Positions 19,400-29,086 of a stretch of 64,000 nt of DNA are shown here, in pieces. Position 1 is the first letter of the stretch. Every line of letters begins with the position of its first letter. The notes beneath the pieces are model-generated. The model did no database searches, was not told the origin of the DNA, and was given only the letters and a program-made list of their open reading frames with translations. Source of the DNA: a virus; IMG/VR virus record IMGVR_UViG_3300036859_000973, positions 21,102 through 85,101 of that record; one strand, 5' to 3'. Made by a program: the position numbers and the translations under genes.

Positions 19400-19999
19400 A
19401 TGGGCCTCACGACGGCCCACCTCCTGCGGCGGCTGACGACGGCGTACTACAAGCGCTCCGGTGGGAACAACGAGAAGCTCGCCGACATCTTCCGCCAGGG
19501 CTACTGGGAAGGCATCGAGGACGACCTCGCGACGTTGCGCACCGAGAGCATGCTGCTCACGATGACCGACGTCGAGATCATCGAGCTATGGCAGCGCCAG
19601 TGGATCGACGTCGCGCCGCGGCCGGACGAGAGCCTCGCCAGCTACCGGCTGCGCGTCAAGGGCGCCCTCGCGCGCAAGGTCGCTGGGACGCACCCCAACG
19701 CGATCATGGAAGTCGTCGAGGGCATGATCGACGGCGAGCTTGGCGACGTGACCATCGTGGAGAACGAGGACTTCGACACGGGGAACTTCCGGCGGGCCTA
19801 CTTCTACCTCCAATTCCCCGTCGAGCGGCTCACAAGCCAGGGCTTCACGGACGCCGAGATCACGCAGGCCCTCGCCGACATCGAGGAGGTCGTGAACCAG
19901 CTTGCCGCTGCGGGCGTCCTCGGCGAGATCAAGGTCCAGGGCGGCGCCGAGTGGGACTCTGGCATGTGGGACACCGCCGGCGACGTGTGGGGCTCCTAG
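19400..19999 (+). CDS. Baseplate wedge subunit (gpI-like)
   Basis: RPDESLASYRLRVK...GT and AAAGV motifs; follows J. Confidence 0.75.
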   Translation: MGLTTAHLLRRLTTAYYKRSGGNNEKLADIFRQGYWEGIEDDLATLRTESMLLTMTDVEIIELWQRQWIDVAPRPDESLASYRLRVKGALARKVAGTHPNAIMEVVEGMIDGELGDVTIVENEDFDTGNFRRAYFYLQFPVERLTSQGFTDAEITQALADIEEVVNQLAAAGVLGEIKVQGGAEWDSGMWDTAGDVWGS

Positions 20000-20061
20000 G
20001 CGGCTTCAAAGCGAAGGACCTTTAGGCCTGCCGTCGCGATAGCCGGACTGGCGAGACGGCG

Positions 20062-22752
20062 ATGGCGTTCACACCGCACCCGTTGACTGCGACGACCATC
20101 AGTTCGTCGGACATGGCTAGGCACCTCGACGACCTGGCCAGCTTCCGGAACCGGTGGGTCTCTGGCTACGCCGAGACGCACTCCGCCGTGTCGCTCAACG
20201 TCACGATCGACACCGGTGTCGCCATCATCGGGGGCCGCCGCGTCGGCGTGGCGACCGATGCCAGCGTGGTCGCGGCGCTCCAACCCAGCGACACGAACCA
20301 CCTCTTCCTGAAGTCCGACGGCACGCTCTTCGTGGACCAGACTGGCGCTGGCCCGTCGGGCGAGTCGTTCAAGCTCTACGAGTTCGTCACCGACGGCAGC
20401 GGCGTCACGTCGGTCGTGGATTTCCGCGTGGACGACGTCGGCATCGACGCAACGCTCAACGTCGAGAAGGTCGTCGCGGACGGCAGCGACCCCGGCCTCG
20501 TGGGCGGCTACGCGCTCCTGGAGCAGACGCAGCCCTACCTGCGCTTCAAGGACGGCGCCAACATCAAGCGCCTGTGGTTCCGCTCGAACAAGATCCAAGT
20601 CACGGACGACGCCGGCGCGACGCTCACGGACGACCTCGGCAACATCACGCTCACGGGAACTGCCGGGAGCATCTTCTTCGCGGGCGCGACGGGCAGTGCC
20701 ACGGAGGACAACGCCAACCTCTTCTGGGACAACACGAACAACCGCCTCGGCATCGGCACAGCGACCCCGCAGTTCACCATCGACATCGCGGGTCAGGTGC
20801 GCATCCGCTCGGCGAACGCCCTCTCCTTCGGTGGCACGGGCGCAGCCGACAACGACGTCTCGCTCTCTCGCGGCGCCGCGGACCGTCTCGACCTGGCTAG
20901 CGGCGACAGCCTGCTCATCGCCACCGATGGCAGCACGGGCGCGCTCAAGTTCGGCGCCGCAGCCGATGTGGGGCTCTTCCGTGGTGCCGCGGACCGCCTC
21001 GACCTGGCGACGGGCGACTCGTTCAACATCGTCAGCGGATCGTTCCTCATCGGCGACACGGCGGTCTTCGAGAGCGACCGCGACCTGGCCGTCAGCCTGA
21101 TCCCGAACGCGAACAACACGCTGGCCCTCGGGTCCACGACGCGGAACTTCAGCGGCCTCTTCATCTCCTTCGCAGAGGGCAGCGTCCCGTACATCGGCGC
21201 GAGCGGGCAGCTTTCCCAGAACAACCTTGCCCTCAACTGGGACAACGCCAACAAGAAGCTCCAGCTTGGCGACGGCACGACCCTCGACGTGACGCTGTAC
21301 CGCAGTGCCGCGAACGTGCTCAAGACCGACGACTCGCTCACCGTCGCCATCGACCTTGACGTCACGGGCACCGTCAAGATCGGCGCGACGACGGTCTTCG
21401 AGGCAGACCGCGACTTCGCCATCGACTTGCTGCCGAACGCCGACAACGCCCTCGACCTCGGCAGCGCCGCGAAGCGGTTCGCCGAGGTCAACGGGGTCAT
21501 CGTCCAGGTCTTCGCCGCCGCGAGCGATGCGAACCCGATCGTCAAGCTCAGCAGCAACACCATCGAGATGGGCGCCGGCGGGGCCAGCGCCGTGGACGTG
21601 CGCCTCTTCCGCGGGGCCGCGGATCGCATGGACCTCGCCACTGGCGACTCGTTCAACCTCGTCTCCGGCTCGCTGATCTTCGTTGCCGGCGCCAACCAGG
21701 CCGCCCTGAGCCGCGGTGCCAACGACCGCCTCGACCTCGCCAGCGGGGACAGCTTCAACATCGTCAGCGGCTCGCTGCTCTTCGCCGCGACCGCCGTCAT
21801 CGACAGCAGCCGCAACCTCGTGGGCATCAACGCCGTTGCGCAGGCCCTCTCGCCCGACGCCACGGGTACGCGCGACCTCGGCACGACGTCGCTGAAGTAC
21901 CGCGACGTCTTCGCCGTCAAGGTCAAGGGTCTCAGCGATGGCGCGGCCACGGGCGAGGCCATCGTGTACGGCCAGGCTGCCGGCGGCGACCTGGGCGGGA
22001 CGTATCCGAATCCGACCGTACCTGCTGCGGCGTCATACGCCAACAAAGATACCAGCGCGGTTCCGGGTACTGGTGACATCTTGTGGCAAGGACCAATTCT
22101 TGCGGTGTCTGCAAATCCATCCAACAATGGTGGCGCGACACTGCCCGGTGCAATTTCTATCAATCATACATCTGGAACAACTCCTCGTAGGTTCTTCTTG
22201 ACAGGTCCCTTCTCGGCAGAGGCAGCGGGTAACTCGGCAGGCGTTCCTCTTGGGACAAAGTTCTATGCGAAGGGGATCTACAAGGAACATGCAGATACCA
22301 GGTTGGCAACTACTCACGAGAAGTTTGCAGTCGGTGTCATATTCGCTGCAGACAATGTCGATACCACTGTTTTTGCCAATCAAACGGAGACCACCCGCGA
22401 TGATCGTGCCACGGTGGCTGTAGTGGTCGATGCAACGGACGAAAGTATTCAGTCATACAATACCGCAGAAGCTGGAAATGCTGCGTACACAGACAGCACC
22501 TTTGATGCCGCCCTCGCAAGTGGAACTGAGTTCGAGATCATTGTTGAAGTTCCAACCGGAGCTAACAGCGACGATGACGTCTTGGTCACGATCAAGATCA
22601 GGGATAGTGGAGGTACGATGCGCACGATCTTCAGCGCAGCCGTCCCGGCATCTACCTCGGCCACTGCAAATCGGGCAGTCTTTCCAATCATCTTGATTAA
22701 CCAGGCGGCAACAGTTTACAATCTCTTTGGCAAGCTGGAGAAGGCGGCCTGA
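20062..22752 (+). CDS. Tail fibre / receptor-binding protein
   Basis: 896 aa; LFWDNTNNRLGIGTATP, four RGAxDRxDLAxGDS repeats, GGDLGGTYPNPTV. Confidence 0.85.
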   Translation: MAFTPHPLTATTISSSDMARHLDDLASFRNRWVSGYAETHSAVSLNVTIDTGVAIIGGRRVGVATDASVVAALQPSDTNHLFLKSDGTLFVDQTGAGPSGESFKLYEFVTDGSGVTSVVDFRVDDVGIDATLNVEKVVADGSDPGLVGGYALLEQTQPYLRFKDGANIKRLWFRSNKIQVTDDAGATLTDDLGNITLTGTAGSIFFAGATGSATEDNANLFWDNTNNRLGIGTATPQFTIDIAGQVRIRSANALSFGGTGAADNDVSLSRGAADRLDLASGDSLLIATDGSTGALKFGAAADVGLFRGAADRLDLATGDSFNIVSGSFLIGDTAVFESDRDLAVSLIPNANNTLALGSTTRNFSGLFISFAEGSVPYIGASGQLSQNNLALNWDNANKKLQLGDGTTLDVTLYRSAANVLKTDDSLTVAIDLDVTGTVKIGATTVFEADRDFAIDLLPNADNALDLGSAAKRFAEVNGVIVQVFAAASDANPIVKLSSNTIEMGAGGASAVDVRLFRGAADRMDLATGDSFNLVSGSLIFVAGANQAALSRGANDRLDLASGDSFNIVSGSLLFAATAVIDSSRNLVGINAVAQALSPDATGTRDLGTTSLKYRDVFAVKVKGLSDGAATGEAIVYGQAAGGDLGGTYPNPTVPAAASYANKDTSAVPGTGDILWQGPILAVSANPSNNGGATLPGAISINHTSGTTPRRFFLTGPFSAEAAGNSAGVPLGTKFYAKGIYKEHADTRLATTHEKFAVGVIFAADNVDTTVFANQTETTRDDRATVAVVVDATDESIQSYNTAEAGNAAYTDSTFDAALASGTEFEIIVEVPTGANSDDDVLVTIKIRDSGGTMRTIFSAAVPASTSATANRAVFPIILINQAATVYNLFGKLEKAA

Positions 22753-22754
22753 GG

Positions 22755-23081
22755 ATGACCTGGACCGAGGATGAGGGCCGGCGCATCGAGACGCTCGTGG
22801 CCAACGCCGAGGCGAACGCCCGTGCCCTCCTGCGGATCGAGCAGTCCGTGATCGGCTATCCTGGAATCGGTGGTGGTCTCATCTCTGACATGCGCGACGT
22901 GGAGCAGCGCCTCGCGGTGCTGGAGCGGTCCTCGTTCACGGCATCGGACATCGAAGGCATCGAGGAGCGCCTCGGCGAGATCGAGAAGAAGATGTACGTC
23001 GCGAGCGCCGCCTACGGGGCGGGTTCGGCCATCGCCATCTTCGTGGTGGCGGAGATCATCCTGCGCCTGGTCCCGATCTAG
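22755..23081 (+). CDS. Coiled-coil protein with C-terminal TM helix (holin-like)
   Basis: GAGG RBS; single C-terminal hydrophobic segment; follows fibre. Confidence 0.6.
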   Translation: MTWTEDEGRRIETLVANAEANARALLRIEQSVIGYPGIGGGLISDMRDVEQRLAVLERSSFTASDIEGIEERLGEIEKKMYVASAAYGAGSAIAIFVVAEIILRLVPI

Positions 23082-23380
23082 TACGGGAACAACGCTGTGT
23101 GGAGGGGCGAGTCTTTCAGTACGGGCGTGCATGCTCCCCACGATGTGGGACGACGGGGAGCTTCAGGTCATCCAGAGGCTGGAGCGCATCGAGGATGCCA
23201 CCACGCGGCGCATCGAGCGACTCATGGACGAACTCGTCCACAGCCGGGGCGAGATCCTGGCGTGGCCGCCCGCCTAGCGGCTTATAAAGCGGGCTCAGTT
23301 CGGGCGCATAGTTCACGTCACGCACTGAGCGCGCGTCAACTTCGGAACGGTTAAGTCTCTCTGGACCAGGTTCCGGGCCC

Positions 23381-23656
23381 ATGCCAACAGCCTCCGCATC
23401 CGCGAACGTCAAGGTCAAGACGGCCGGCGGAGGCGTCGCCAGCGTCTTCGACTGGCGCGTCGGCGAGGACACGGTGGACAAGCTCGTGCCGACGGGCATC
23501 GCTTGGGCGGGCCTGATCATCGGCTTCCTCATCCCGCTGATCGAGGAACTCGCCGCGCAGCAACTCATCGAACTGACCCCGGGCGTGCAAGCCCTGGTGC
23601 AGTCGCTGACCGTTCTCTATGTAGGGTTCCACGCGCGCGGCAGCCTGCGGGCCTGA
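23381..23656 (+). CDS. Two-TM membrane protein (holin-like)
   Basis: Two hydrophobic helices; GGTTAAGT TATA-like element ~25 nt upstream. Confidence 0.55.
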   Translation: MPTASASANVKVKTAGGGVASVFDWRVGEDTVDKLVPTGIAWAGLIIGFLIPLIEELAAQQLIELTPGVQALVQSLTVLYVGFHARGSLRA

Positions 23657-23658
23657 GC

Positions 23659-23853
23659 CTACTTCGCCAGCCGGGCGAGGATGCGCTCCAGGCGCGCGAG
23701 GCGCTCCTCGACCGTCAGGTGGTGGTATGCCGGCGTGGGGATCTCCCAGCGGTCAGGGACAACGTGGTCCTCGACGGCGAGGTCGCACTCGGGCGCGATC
23801 GAGAGTTCCATGGCGTCGATGCGTTGGATTGTCTGCTCAGTGTTTCCTGCCAT
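23659..23853 (-). CDS. Small hypothetical protein
   Basis: Last ORF of the leftward operon; overlaps the ERCC4 stop. Confidence 0.55.
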   Translation of the reverse strand: MAGNTEQTIQRIDAMELSIAPECDLAVEDHVVPDRWEIPTPAYHHLTVEERLARLERILARLAK

Positions 23854-25702
23854 CGGGTTCTTCCTCCTTGATGCCCAGTAGCTCGCGCGAGATCCGCGCG
23901 CAGCGGCGGAGCGAGATCAACTGCGCGCGCCCACCGGCGCCGCCCTTCCCGTCCTTGGCCGGCGGGCCCACGTCGATCATCGGCCAGCGGCCGAGGTGGA
24001 GGGCCTCCTCCAGCATCTTCCAATCCACCTCGCGCTCCGCCTTCACGCCGAAGGTCTCGCCATCCTTGGTGGGCCGCGTGACGTTGACGCCCGAGAGGCT
24101 GTCCAGGAGCCGCTGCCTCGGTGGCAGGCCCGTGGCCCACACGCGCGCCGGCTTGGGCGCCATCTCGGGATCGGCCTCGATGCGGCGCAGGATCTCCACG
24201 GTGTACGCGGGCCCGAACGACACGATGACCCAGAAGTTCTTCGAGATGCGGGCCAGGTGCTTCAGGGCTTGCGAGCGCGTGGCCTGCCAGCCGCGGAGGC
24301 GCTCGTTCCAGGCGTCGTTGGACTCCCCCCCGATTGGCTCCAGCTTGTCGTCGGTGAGCATGTCGATGGGGTCGAACTCGATGATGAGACCGTGGACGTA
24401 GGAAAGCTGGCGGTCGAGCTTGCCAGGGTCCTCCTTGTTGCGCCACGTCGCGACGTAGTCGCCCCAGGTGTTGTGAGTGACGATGAACCTCTCCGCGACG
24501 TAGAGACCATCTTTGTTGGCGACACGGATGCAAACTGCCTCGGCATCGCCCAATAGCTTCACGTTTTTGATCGAGCGCTTAACTGAGTGGGAACGGCGCC
24601 CTCTTTGTTTTTGGGAGTCTTGCTTGCGTGTTGTCCTGAACGGCTGCACCCAGGATGGATACTTAACAGAAATTGTCCAGTTTTTGCGCCCGGTTTTCTT
24701 GTTCCCTTTGTAGGTGTATTGACTGTTGGTCCTGCTGTTGCACCACACGACGCATCCTAGACTCTCTGCCAGATGTATGAAGTCCTCCGTCAGCTTTGGA
24801 CTTGTTGTGCCATATTTTACCGAGGTACGATCGCGACAGGCCCATCCATCGGTGTCCATCATTCCTTGGAGAAGGGCCACCCGTTGCTCTACGCTCCCAA
24901 ACAGATAGGTCTCTGGAATGAACTTCTCCCATGCACGATGGCCCGAGAGACCGAGTTTTCGTAGAGCAATGAGGTAGGGGTGGCGTTCACCGTATCCGGG
25001 TGAGCCGCTGATCCTCCATGTGATTCCTCTCTTGTCTGGAACAAGGCGAAGACCATCTGGCAGTAGGGCCCTGACGTTCTCAACCAATTCGGCGTCTCCT
25101 TTGGTGAATGTGACATCATCGCCAGTTAGACATCCATCTCCTAGCAAGACGCCAAGGACATATGGATGGATGGGGAGGTTTTTGCTTGAAAATTGCACAG
25201 GTTCCACGATGGGCAGGTGCCAACGATAACCACCGTGCCTCCACCTGACACTGTTGGCAATTTCCTTGAGGGGAATTGTTCTCCATGTACCGCCCGACTG
25301 TCTAACGGTCCAGAGGTGTTCTTCGGTACAACGTGTCTTGGCTCCATCCGTGAGCAGGACTTCGTAGATCGGAACCTTGCCTTGTGGGAAAACTCCAGTG
25401 ATTGTCGTAGGATTTCCGTCGGAACCGATGACGCGGTCGCCAACAGAGAGCTTCCCGATGGGAATCCATCCATCTGGCGTCAGGATCGGGGTGTCGATCG
25501 GATGCGCCTTGCGCTCGAAGCGGATCTCCAGCTTCGCATGGTGGTTCGCGGGTCGAGGGTCCTCGACGATCACAAGGAAGTCATACCTAAAAGGCGAACC
25601 GTCGTGGTCCTCCTCCTCGATGTCGAGATTCCAGATCTCGTCGCACTCCTGCTTGAAGATGGGCTCGTCGCGCGCCTCGCGCTCGTCCACGATGACTGTC
25701 AC
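23837..25702 (-). CDS. ERCC4/XPF (Hef-like) structure-specific nuclease containing an intein
   Basis: VIVDERE, YDFLV, ERK|TWGD (ERKxxxD rebuilt after splicing), LIIE. Confidence 0.85.
   Translation of the reverse strand: MTVIVDEREARDEPIFKQECDEIWNLDIEEEDHDGSPFRYDFLVIVEDPRPANHHAKLEIRFERKAHPIDTPILTPDGWIPIGKLSVGDRVIGSDGNPTTITGVFPQGKVPIYEVLLTDGAKTRCTEEHLWTVRQSGGTWRTIPLKEIANSVRWRHGGYRWHLPIVEPVQFSSKNLPIHPYVLGVLLGDGCLTGDDVTFTKGDAELVENVRALLPDGLRLVPDKRGITWRISGSPGYGERHPYLIALRKLGLSGHRAWEKFIPETYLFGSVEQRVALLQGMMDTDGWACRDRTSVKYGTTSPKLTEDFIHLAESLGCVVWCNSRTNSQYTYKGNKKTGRKNWTISVKYPSWVQPFRTTRKQDSQKQRGRRSHSVKRSIKNVKLLGDAEAVCIRVANKDGLYVAERFIVTHNTWGDYVATWRNKEDPGKLDRQLSYVHGLIIEFDPIDMLTDDKLEPIGGESNDAWNERLRGWQATRSQALKHLARISKNFWVIVSFGPAYTVEILRRIEADPEMAPKPARVWATGLPPRQRLLDSLSGVNVTRPTKDGETFGVKAEREVDWKMLEEALHLGRWPMIDVGPPAKDGKGGAGGRAQLISLRRCARISRELLGIKEEEPDGRKH
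24470..25507 (-). mobile_element. Intein (346 aa, Ala1, class-3 WCT signature) with LAGLIDADG domain
   Basis: AHPIDTPILTPDGW...EEHLW...LGVLLGDG...LQGMMDTDG...VCIRV...IVTHN|T; low-GC insert. Confidence 0.92.
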
Positions 25703-25962
25703 GTCTTGGCCTCCGGGACCAGTTGGTCCTCCAACGGACGCTGGAGGATCAGGACGGCCCCGTCGCGCTCGAAGGCGGCGACGCGCGTGATGAGGACGTC
25801 GAGGCGAGCCCGCGCCGTTGCCGCGTCGTCCTCGATCTGGCGCAGGATGTCGCGCTGCGCGGCGATCTCGTCGGCGAGCTTGTCCACCGCCTTCGCGAGC
25901 GCCTTCAGGGCCTTGGCGTGCTCGTCAATCAAGCCAGGATCACCATCTTCTTCATGCACCAA
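25699..25962 (-). CDS. Coiled-coil hypothetical protein
   Basis: Heptad pattern; GTGA coupling to ERCC4. Confidence 0.6.
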   Translation of the reverse strand: MVHEEDGDPGLIDEHAKALKALAKAVDKLADEIAAQRDILRQIEDDAATARARLDVLITRVAAFERDGAVLILQRPLEDQLVPEAKT

Positions 25963-26096
25963 CCGCAGCCGAGCGTCGGCGCCTCCATCTGGCTCGTCGT
26001 GTAGAGCAGCGTCGTTGGGCGCTGCTCGGTACGGTTGCCCGGACAGTGTGGCGTCACGCAGCCGTACTTGACGGTGCCGTTCACGAGCACAGACAT
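25929..26096 (-). CDS. Small zinc-finger protein
   Basis: AGGTGA RBS; CVTPHC...CGWC. Confidence 0.6.
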   Translation of the reverse strand: MSVLVNGTVKYGCVTPHCPGNRTEQRPTTLLYTTSQMEAPTLGCGWCMKKMVILA

Positions 26097-26211
26097 CGGT
26101 TCACCTACCTGGGGCGCGCGCCCGGATGCGGCGGCGGAGGGATACACACATGGCCACCCGAGGGTTTCCACGAATGAGCCGCCGCCTGGGCCGCCGGGCG
26201 CACGTCCGGTC

Positions 26212-26550
26212 TTACTTCTTCTCCTCGGCCTTCGCGGCGCCCTTCGGCTCGCGCATGGGGATGCCAAGCTCCTTGTGGATCTCGTCGAGCACGCTCAGGA
26301 ACTCGGTCTCGATCGCCTCGACGCGCGTGCTGGCGTCGGCCCTGGCGGCCCTCAGGAGCCCGCGGAGCGCGACGAGCTTCGGCTCCAGGATCTCCATGGC
26401 CTTGGCCTCCATCGCCTTGTCGGCCGCGGCCTTGGCGACCTTGATGGAGAAATCCCCGCCCAGGTCGGTCTTGCCGCTGATGTAGGTCGTGTCGTCGCGC
26501 GTCTGGATCTTCAGTTCCGTGGCCCCAAACTCAGTCCTCGTGTGGTTCAC
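26212..26550 (-). CDS. Hypothetical protein
   Basis: GTG start overlapping upstream stop; AGGAG RBS. Confidence 0.65.
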   Translation of the reverse strand: MNHTRTEFGATELKIQTRDDTTYISGKTDLGGDFSIKVAKAAADKAMEAKAMEILEPKLVALRGLLRAARADASTRVEAIETEFLSVLDEIHKELGIPMREPKGAAKAEEKK

Positions 26551-27743
26551 GCTCCTGCTGGTTGCTTCTCTGCGACGGCGATGGCGGTGTCCATCGCCGC
26601 GTCCTTTGGCAGCGCCTCGAAGAAGACGCTGATGTCCCTGTCCGTGATGTCGCGCCGCTGTCCCGGCGGGAAGAGGGCGAGCTTCGAGTCCATGACTTCG
26701 ACCCAGAAGTGGTCGTTGGACTCCCCCTTCCGCGTCTCGCTCTCCCGCGTGTGGTCGAACTTGAGACGCGCGTGGTAGTTCCGTGCGATGTCGCTCGCCG
26801 CTCCCGATGCCAGCCACTTCGGAGGCACGATGTCCTTCGTGATCCTGGTCTTGTGCCGTCCATCGGGGCCGGTCTCGCCGGTCTCCTCGACCGTGGTGCG
26901 CTCCTCGTCGCCGTAGCCGCTGAGCGCGAAGAAGCCCTTGGCGACGCGGCGGGCCTTGGCCTCGATGAGCTTGCAGTTCCGCGCGCGCGACTCGTACACG
27001 CCGAGCGCGTTCTTGCCGAGGTCGCTGTTCTTGGCCGCAGGATCGAAGCCGAAGTCGTGGCGGCCCTTCGTGACGCCGACGTTCTCCCAGAGGGCTTGGA
27101 AGTGGTCGAGGATCACCGACCATCCGTCGTTGCGCTGCTCGATCTTCTCCAGGAGCGCCATCGTCGTGCCGATGACGACCTCGCCGGTGACGGTGTTGTT
27201 CGGGTCGAAGCCGTCGTAGATCTTCTTGACGGTGCCATCGGGCAGCTTCTTGAAGTGGCGCCGGCACGGCTCGGCGAGCTTGATCTTGTGCTTGGCCTTG
27301 AGTTGGTCGTAGGTCATCCCGAGTTCGCTGGCCCGCTTCTCCAGAGCCTCGCGCGTCGTCTCGTCGAAGGAGATGACGTAGGTCCAGTGGCCCTCGGGTG
27401 GGATCGGCAAGCCCAGGATCAGGTTGCACGACTTTCCTGATCCCTTTGGTCCCTCGACGATGAGCCCGATGGCGCGCGAGACCTCGATGTTGGCGGCCAT
27501 CTCGTCCTCGAATCCGATCTGGAGGCCGCCGTGGACGCGCAGGAGGCCGCTGACGCCCCTCTGCGGGCCCGCGGTGGGCGTCATGGCCGAGGGCAGGTCC
27601 TTGGCCTGCGCCGCCGCGGGCGCCGCCTGGGCCGCCTGCGACGCGCTGGCGATGGCGGGCTTGGGCGCGGGCGCTGACGGGGGCGCCTTCGGGACGTACA
27701 GCGCCGGCTTCTTGGCCTGCTTTGGTGCCTGTTCCTCGGCCAT
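26547..27743 (-). CDS. RecA-fold ATPase (Sak4/AAA_24-like recombination protein)
   Basis: Walker A GPKGSGKS, Walker B VILD; GAGGTG RBS. Confidence 0.7.
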   Translation of the reverse strand: MAEEQAPKQAKKPALYVPKAPPSAPAPKPAIASASQAAQAAPAAAQAKDLPSAMTPTAGPQRGVSGLLRVHGGLQIGFEDEMAANIEVSRAIGLIVEGPKGSGKSCNLILGLPIPPEGHWTYVISFDETTREALEKRASELGMTYDQLKAKHKIKLAEPCRRHFKKLPDGTVKKIYDGFDPNNTVTGEVVIGTTMALLEKIEQRNDGWSVILDHFQALWENVGVTKGRHDFGFDPAAKNSDLGKNALGVYESRARNCKLIEAKARRVAKGFFALSGYGDEERTTVEETGETGPDGRHKTRITKDIVPPKWLASGAASDIARNYHARLKFDHTRESETRKGESNDHFWVEVMDSKLALFPPGQRRDITDRDISVFFEALPKDAAMDTAIAVAEKQPAGA

Positions 27744-27753
27744 GATGCACACC

Positions 27754-29082
27754 TCAGATCTTCGTCGGGTCGGTCAGCGGTGCCGCGGGCGTCGCCCCGA
27801 ACTCTTCCAGGTCCAGTTGCTTCGCCGCGAGCGCGAAGGGGTCGTCCTCCGCGAGCCTGCGGCCACCGATCTGGTTGAGGAACACCACGAAGGCGCCCTC
27901 GTTGTTCACGCGGTGTTCCCCGGCCTTTGTGGTGTAGTGGTGCTCGACGCAGTCCATCCACGGCGTCTTGCCCTGCTCCGTTGCGAGTACCATGAACTTC
28001 CACTCGCGCCGCCCCGTGTCCTTGTCCACCTCCTCGACGATGTCGTACACGTTGTAGTTCCCGATCCTCACGAAGAGTGGCTGCTCTACGGTGCCATCGG
28101 GGCGTTCGACCGTGTAGTCCTTCAGCACGAGGGCCTTCAGCTTCGTAGCATCGGGCGCAGTCTGGCGCGTCTCGCGGATCAGGCCCTTGGCCGAGAGATC
28201 AGCGATGGCCTCTGTCGCCACGCCCTCGTCGAAGTCCTTGACGCTCTTCGGGTGGAAGAGGCCGAGCTTTCCGTACACGGCGATGGGCTCGCCGTGCAGG
28301 ACGTCGCGGAACTCCTCGCGCATCTGGCGGATGCTGTCCTCCTCGCCCATGTTGAACTGGATGTTGAAGGTCTCGCAGACCTGGTCGATGGGCAACTTGA
28401 GGCTCATGGCGACGCCGCGCGCGTCGCGCGCGATGGACTTCAGGACCGGCACCTTGCTGAAGCCGCCGGGGCCGAAGAAGCTGACATCCTCGCGCTCGCC
28501 GATGGTCAGCGTGGCGAAGACCATGTTCTTGCCGCTCTCGCCGAACATCGTGCCGCGGGCGTCAGCGCCGATGGAGCGCGTGTTCTTGGCGCGCTCGACG
28601 GCGCCGCCGATCGAGACGTCGGGCACCATGGCGTCATGGTCGTGCGGCATCGCCTTCGTGGTCTTGGGGATCACGACGACGTCCTCGGTGCCGAGGTAGA
28701 TGTCCTCGCGGATGTTCACCGGGCCGGCGCTGATGCGCTGCATGACGCCGGCGCCGTCCAGGGGCGGGGCGCCCCAGAGCGTGAGCACCGTGCTGTCGGC
28801 GAGGAGCACGCGCGGCTGGTGGCCCACGACGGTGGTCTTCCGCGTCGTCTTGTCGAACTGGCGGTTCGGGGCGTTGTCGATGAAGAACGCCGGCACGCCC
28901 TCGACCTGCTTCATCTTGTAGCGCAGGCCCTTCTTGAGCACGACGCCGGTGTCCTTGAACGTCGTGAAGGCCGTGTTGAACTCCTTCGTCTTCTTGAGAT
29001 CCTGGATCGTCTTCACGCCGTAGGCCTCGCAGGCCTTGGCGATGATCTCCTTCGGGGTCAGATTCAGTTCGTCGTCTGCCAT
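27754..29082 (-). CDS. Putative OB-fold ssDNA-binding protein with PIP-box
   Basis: RVLLADSTVLTLWG resembles RPA OB-fold; acidic C-terminus KQLDLEEFG. Confidence 0.45.
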   Translation of the reverse strand: MADDELNLTPKEIIAKACEAYGVKTIQDLKKTKEFNTAFTTFKDTGVVLKKGLRYKMKQVEGVPAFFIDNAPNRQFDKTTRKTTVVGHQPRVLLADSTVLTLWGAPPLDGAGVMQRISAGPVNIREDIYLGTEDVVVIPKTTKAMPHDHDAMVPDVSIGGAVERAKNTRSIGADARGTMFGESGKNMVFATLTIGEREDVSFFGPGGFSKVPVLKSIARDARGVAMSLKLPIDQVCETFNIQFNMGEEDSIRQMREEFRDVLHGEPIAVYGKLGLFHPKSVKDFDEGVATEAIADLSAKGLIRETRQTAPDATKLKALVLKDYTVERPDGTVEQPLFVRIGNYNVYDIVEEVDKDTGRREWKFMVLATEQGKTPWMDCVEHHYTTKAGEHRVNNEGAFVVFLNQIGGRRLAEDDPFALAAKQLDLEEFGATPAAPLTDPTKI

Positions 29083-29086
29083 GTTG

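Noticed and set aside
20062-22752. Diversity-generating retroelement targeting the fibre
   Set aside because: No reverse transcriptase and no template/variable repeat pair with adenine-specific mismatches seen in the window
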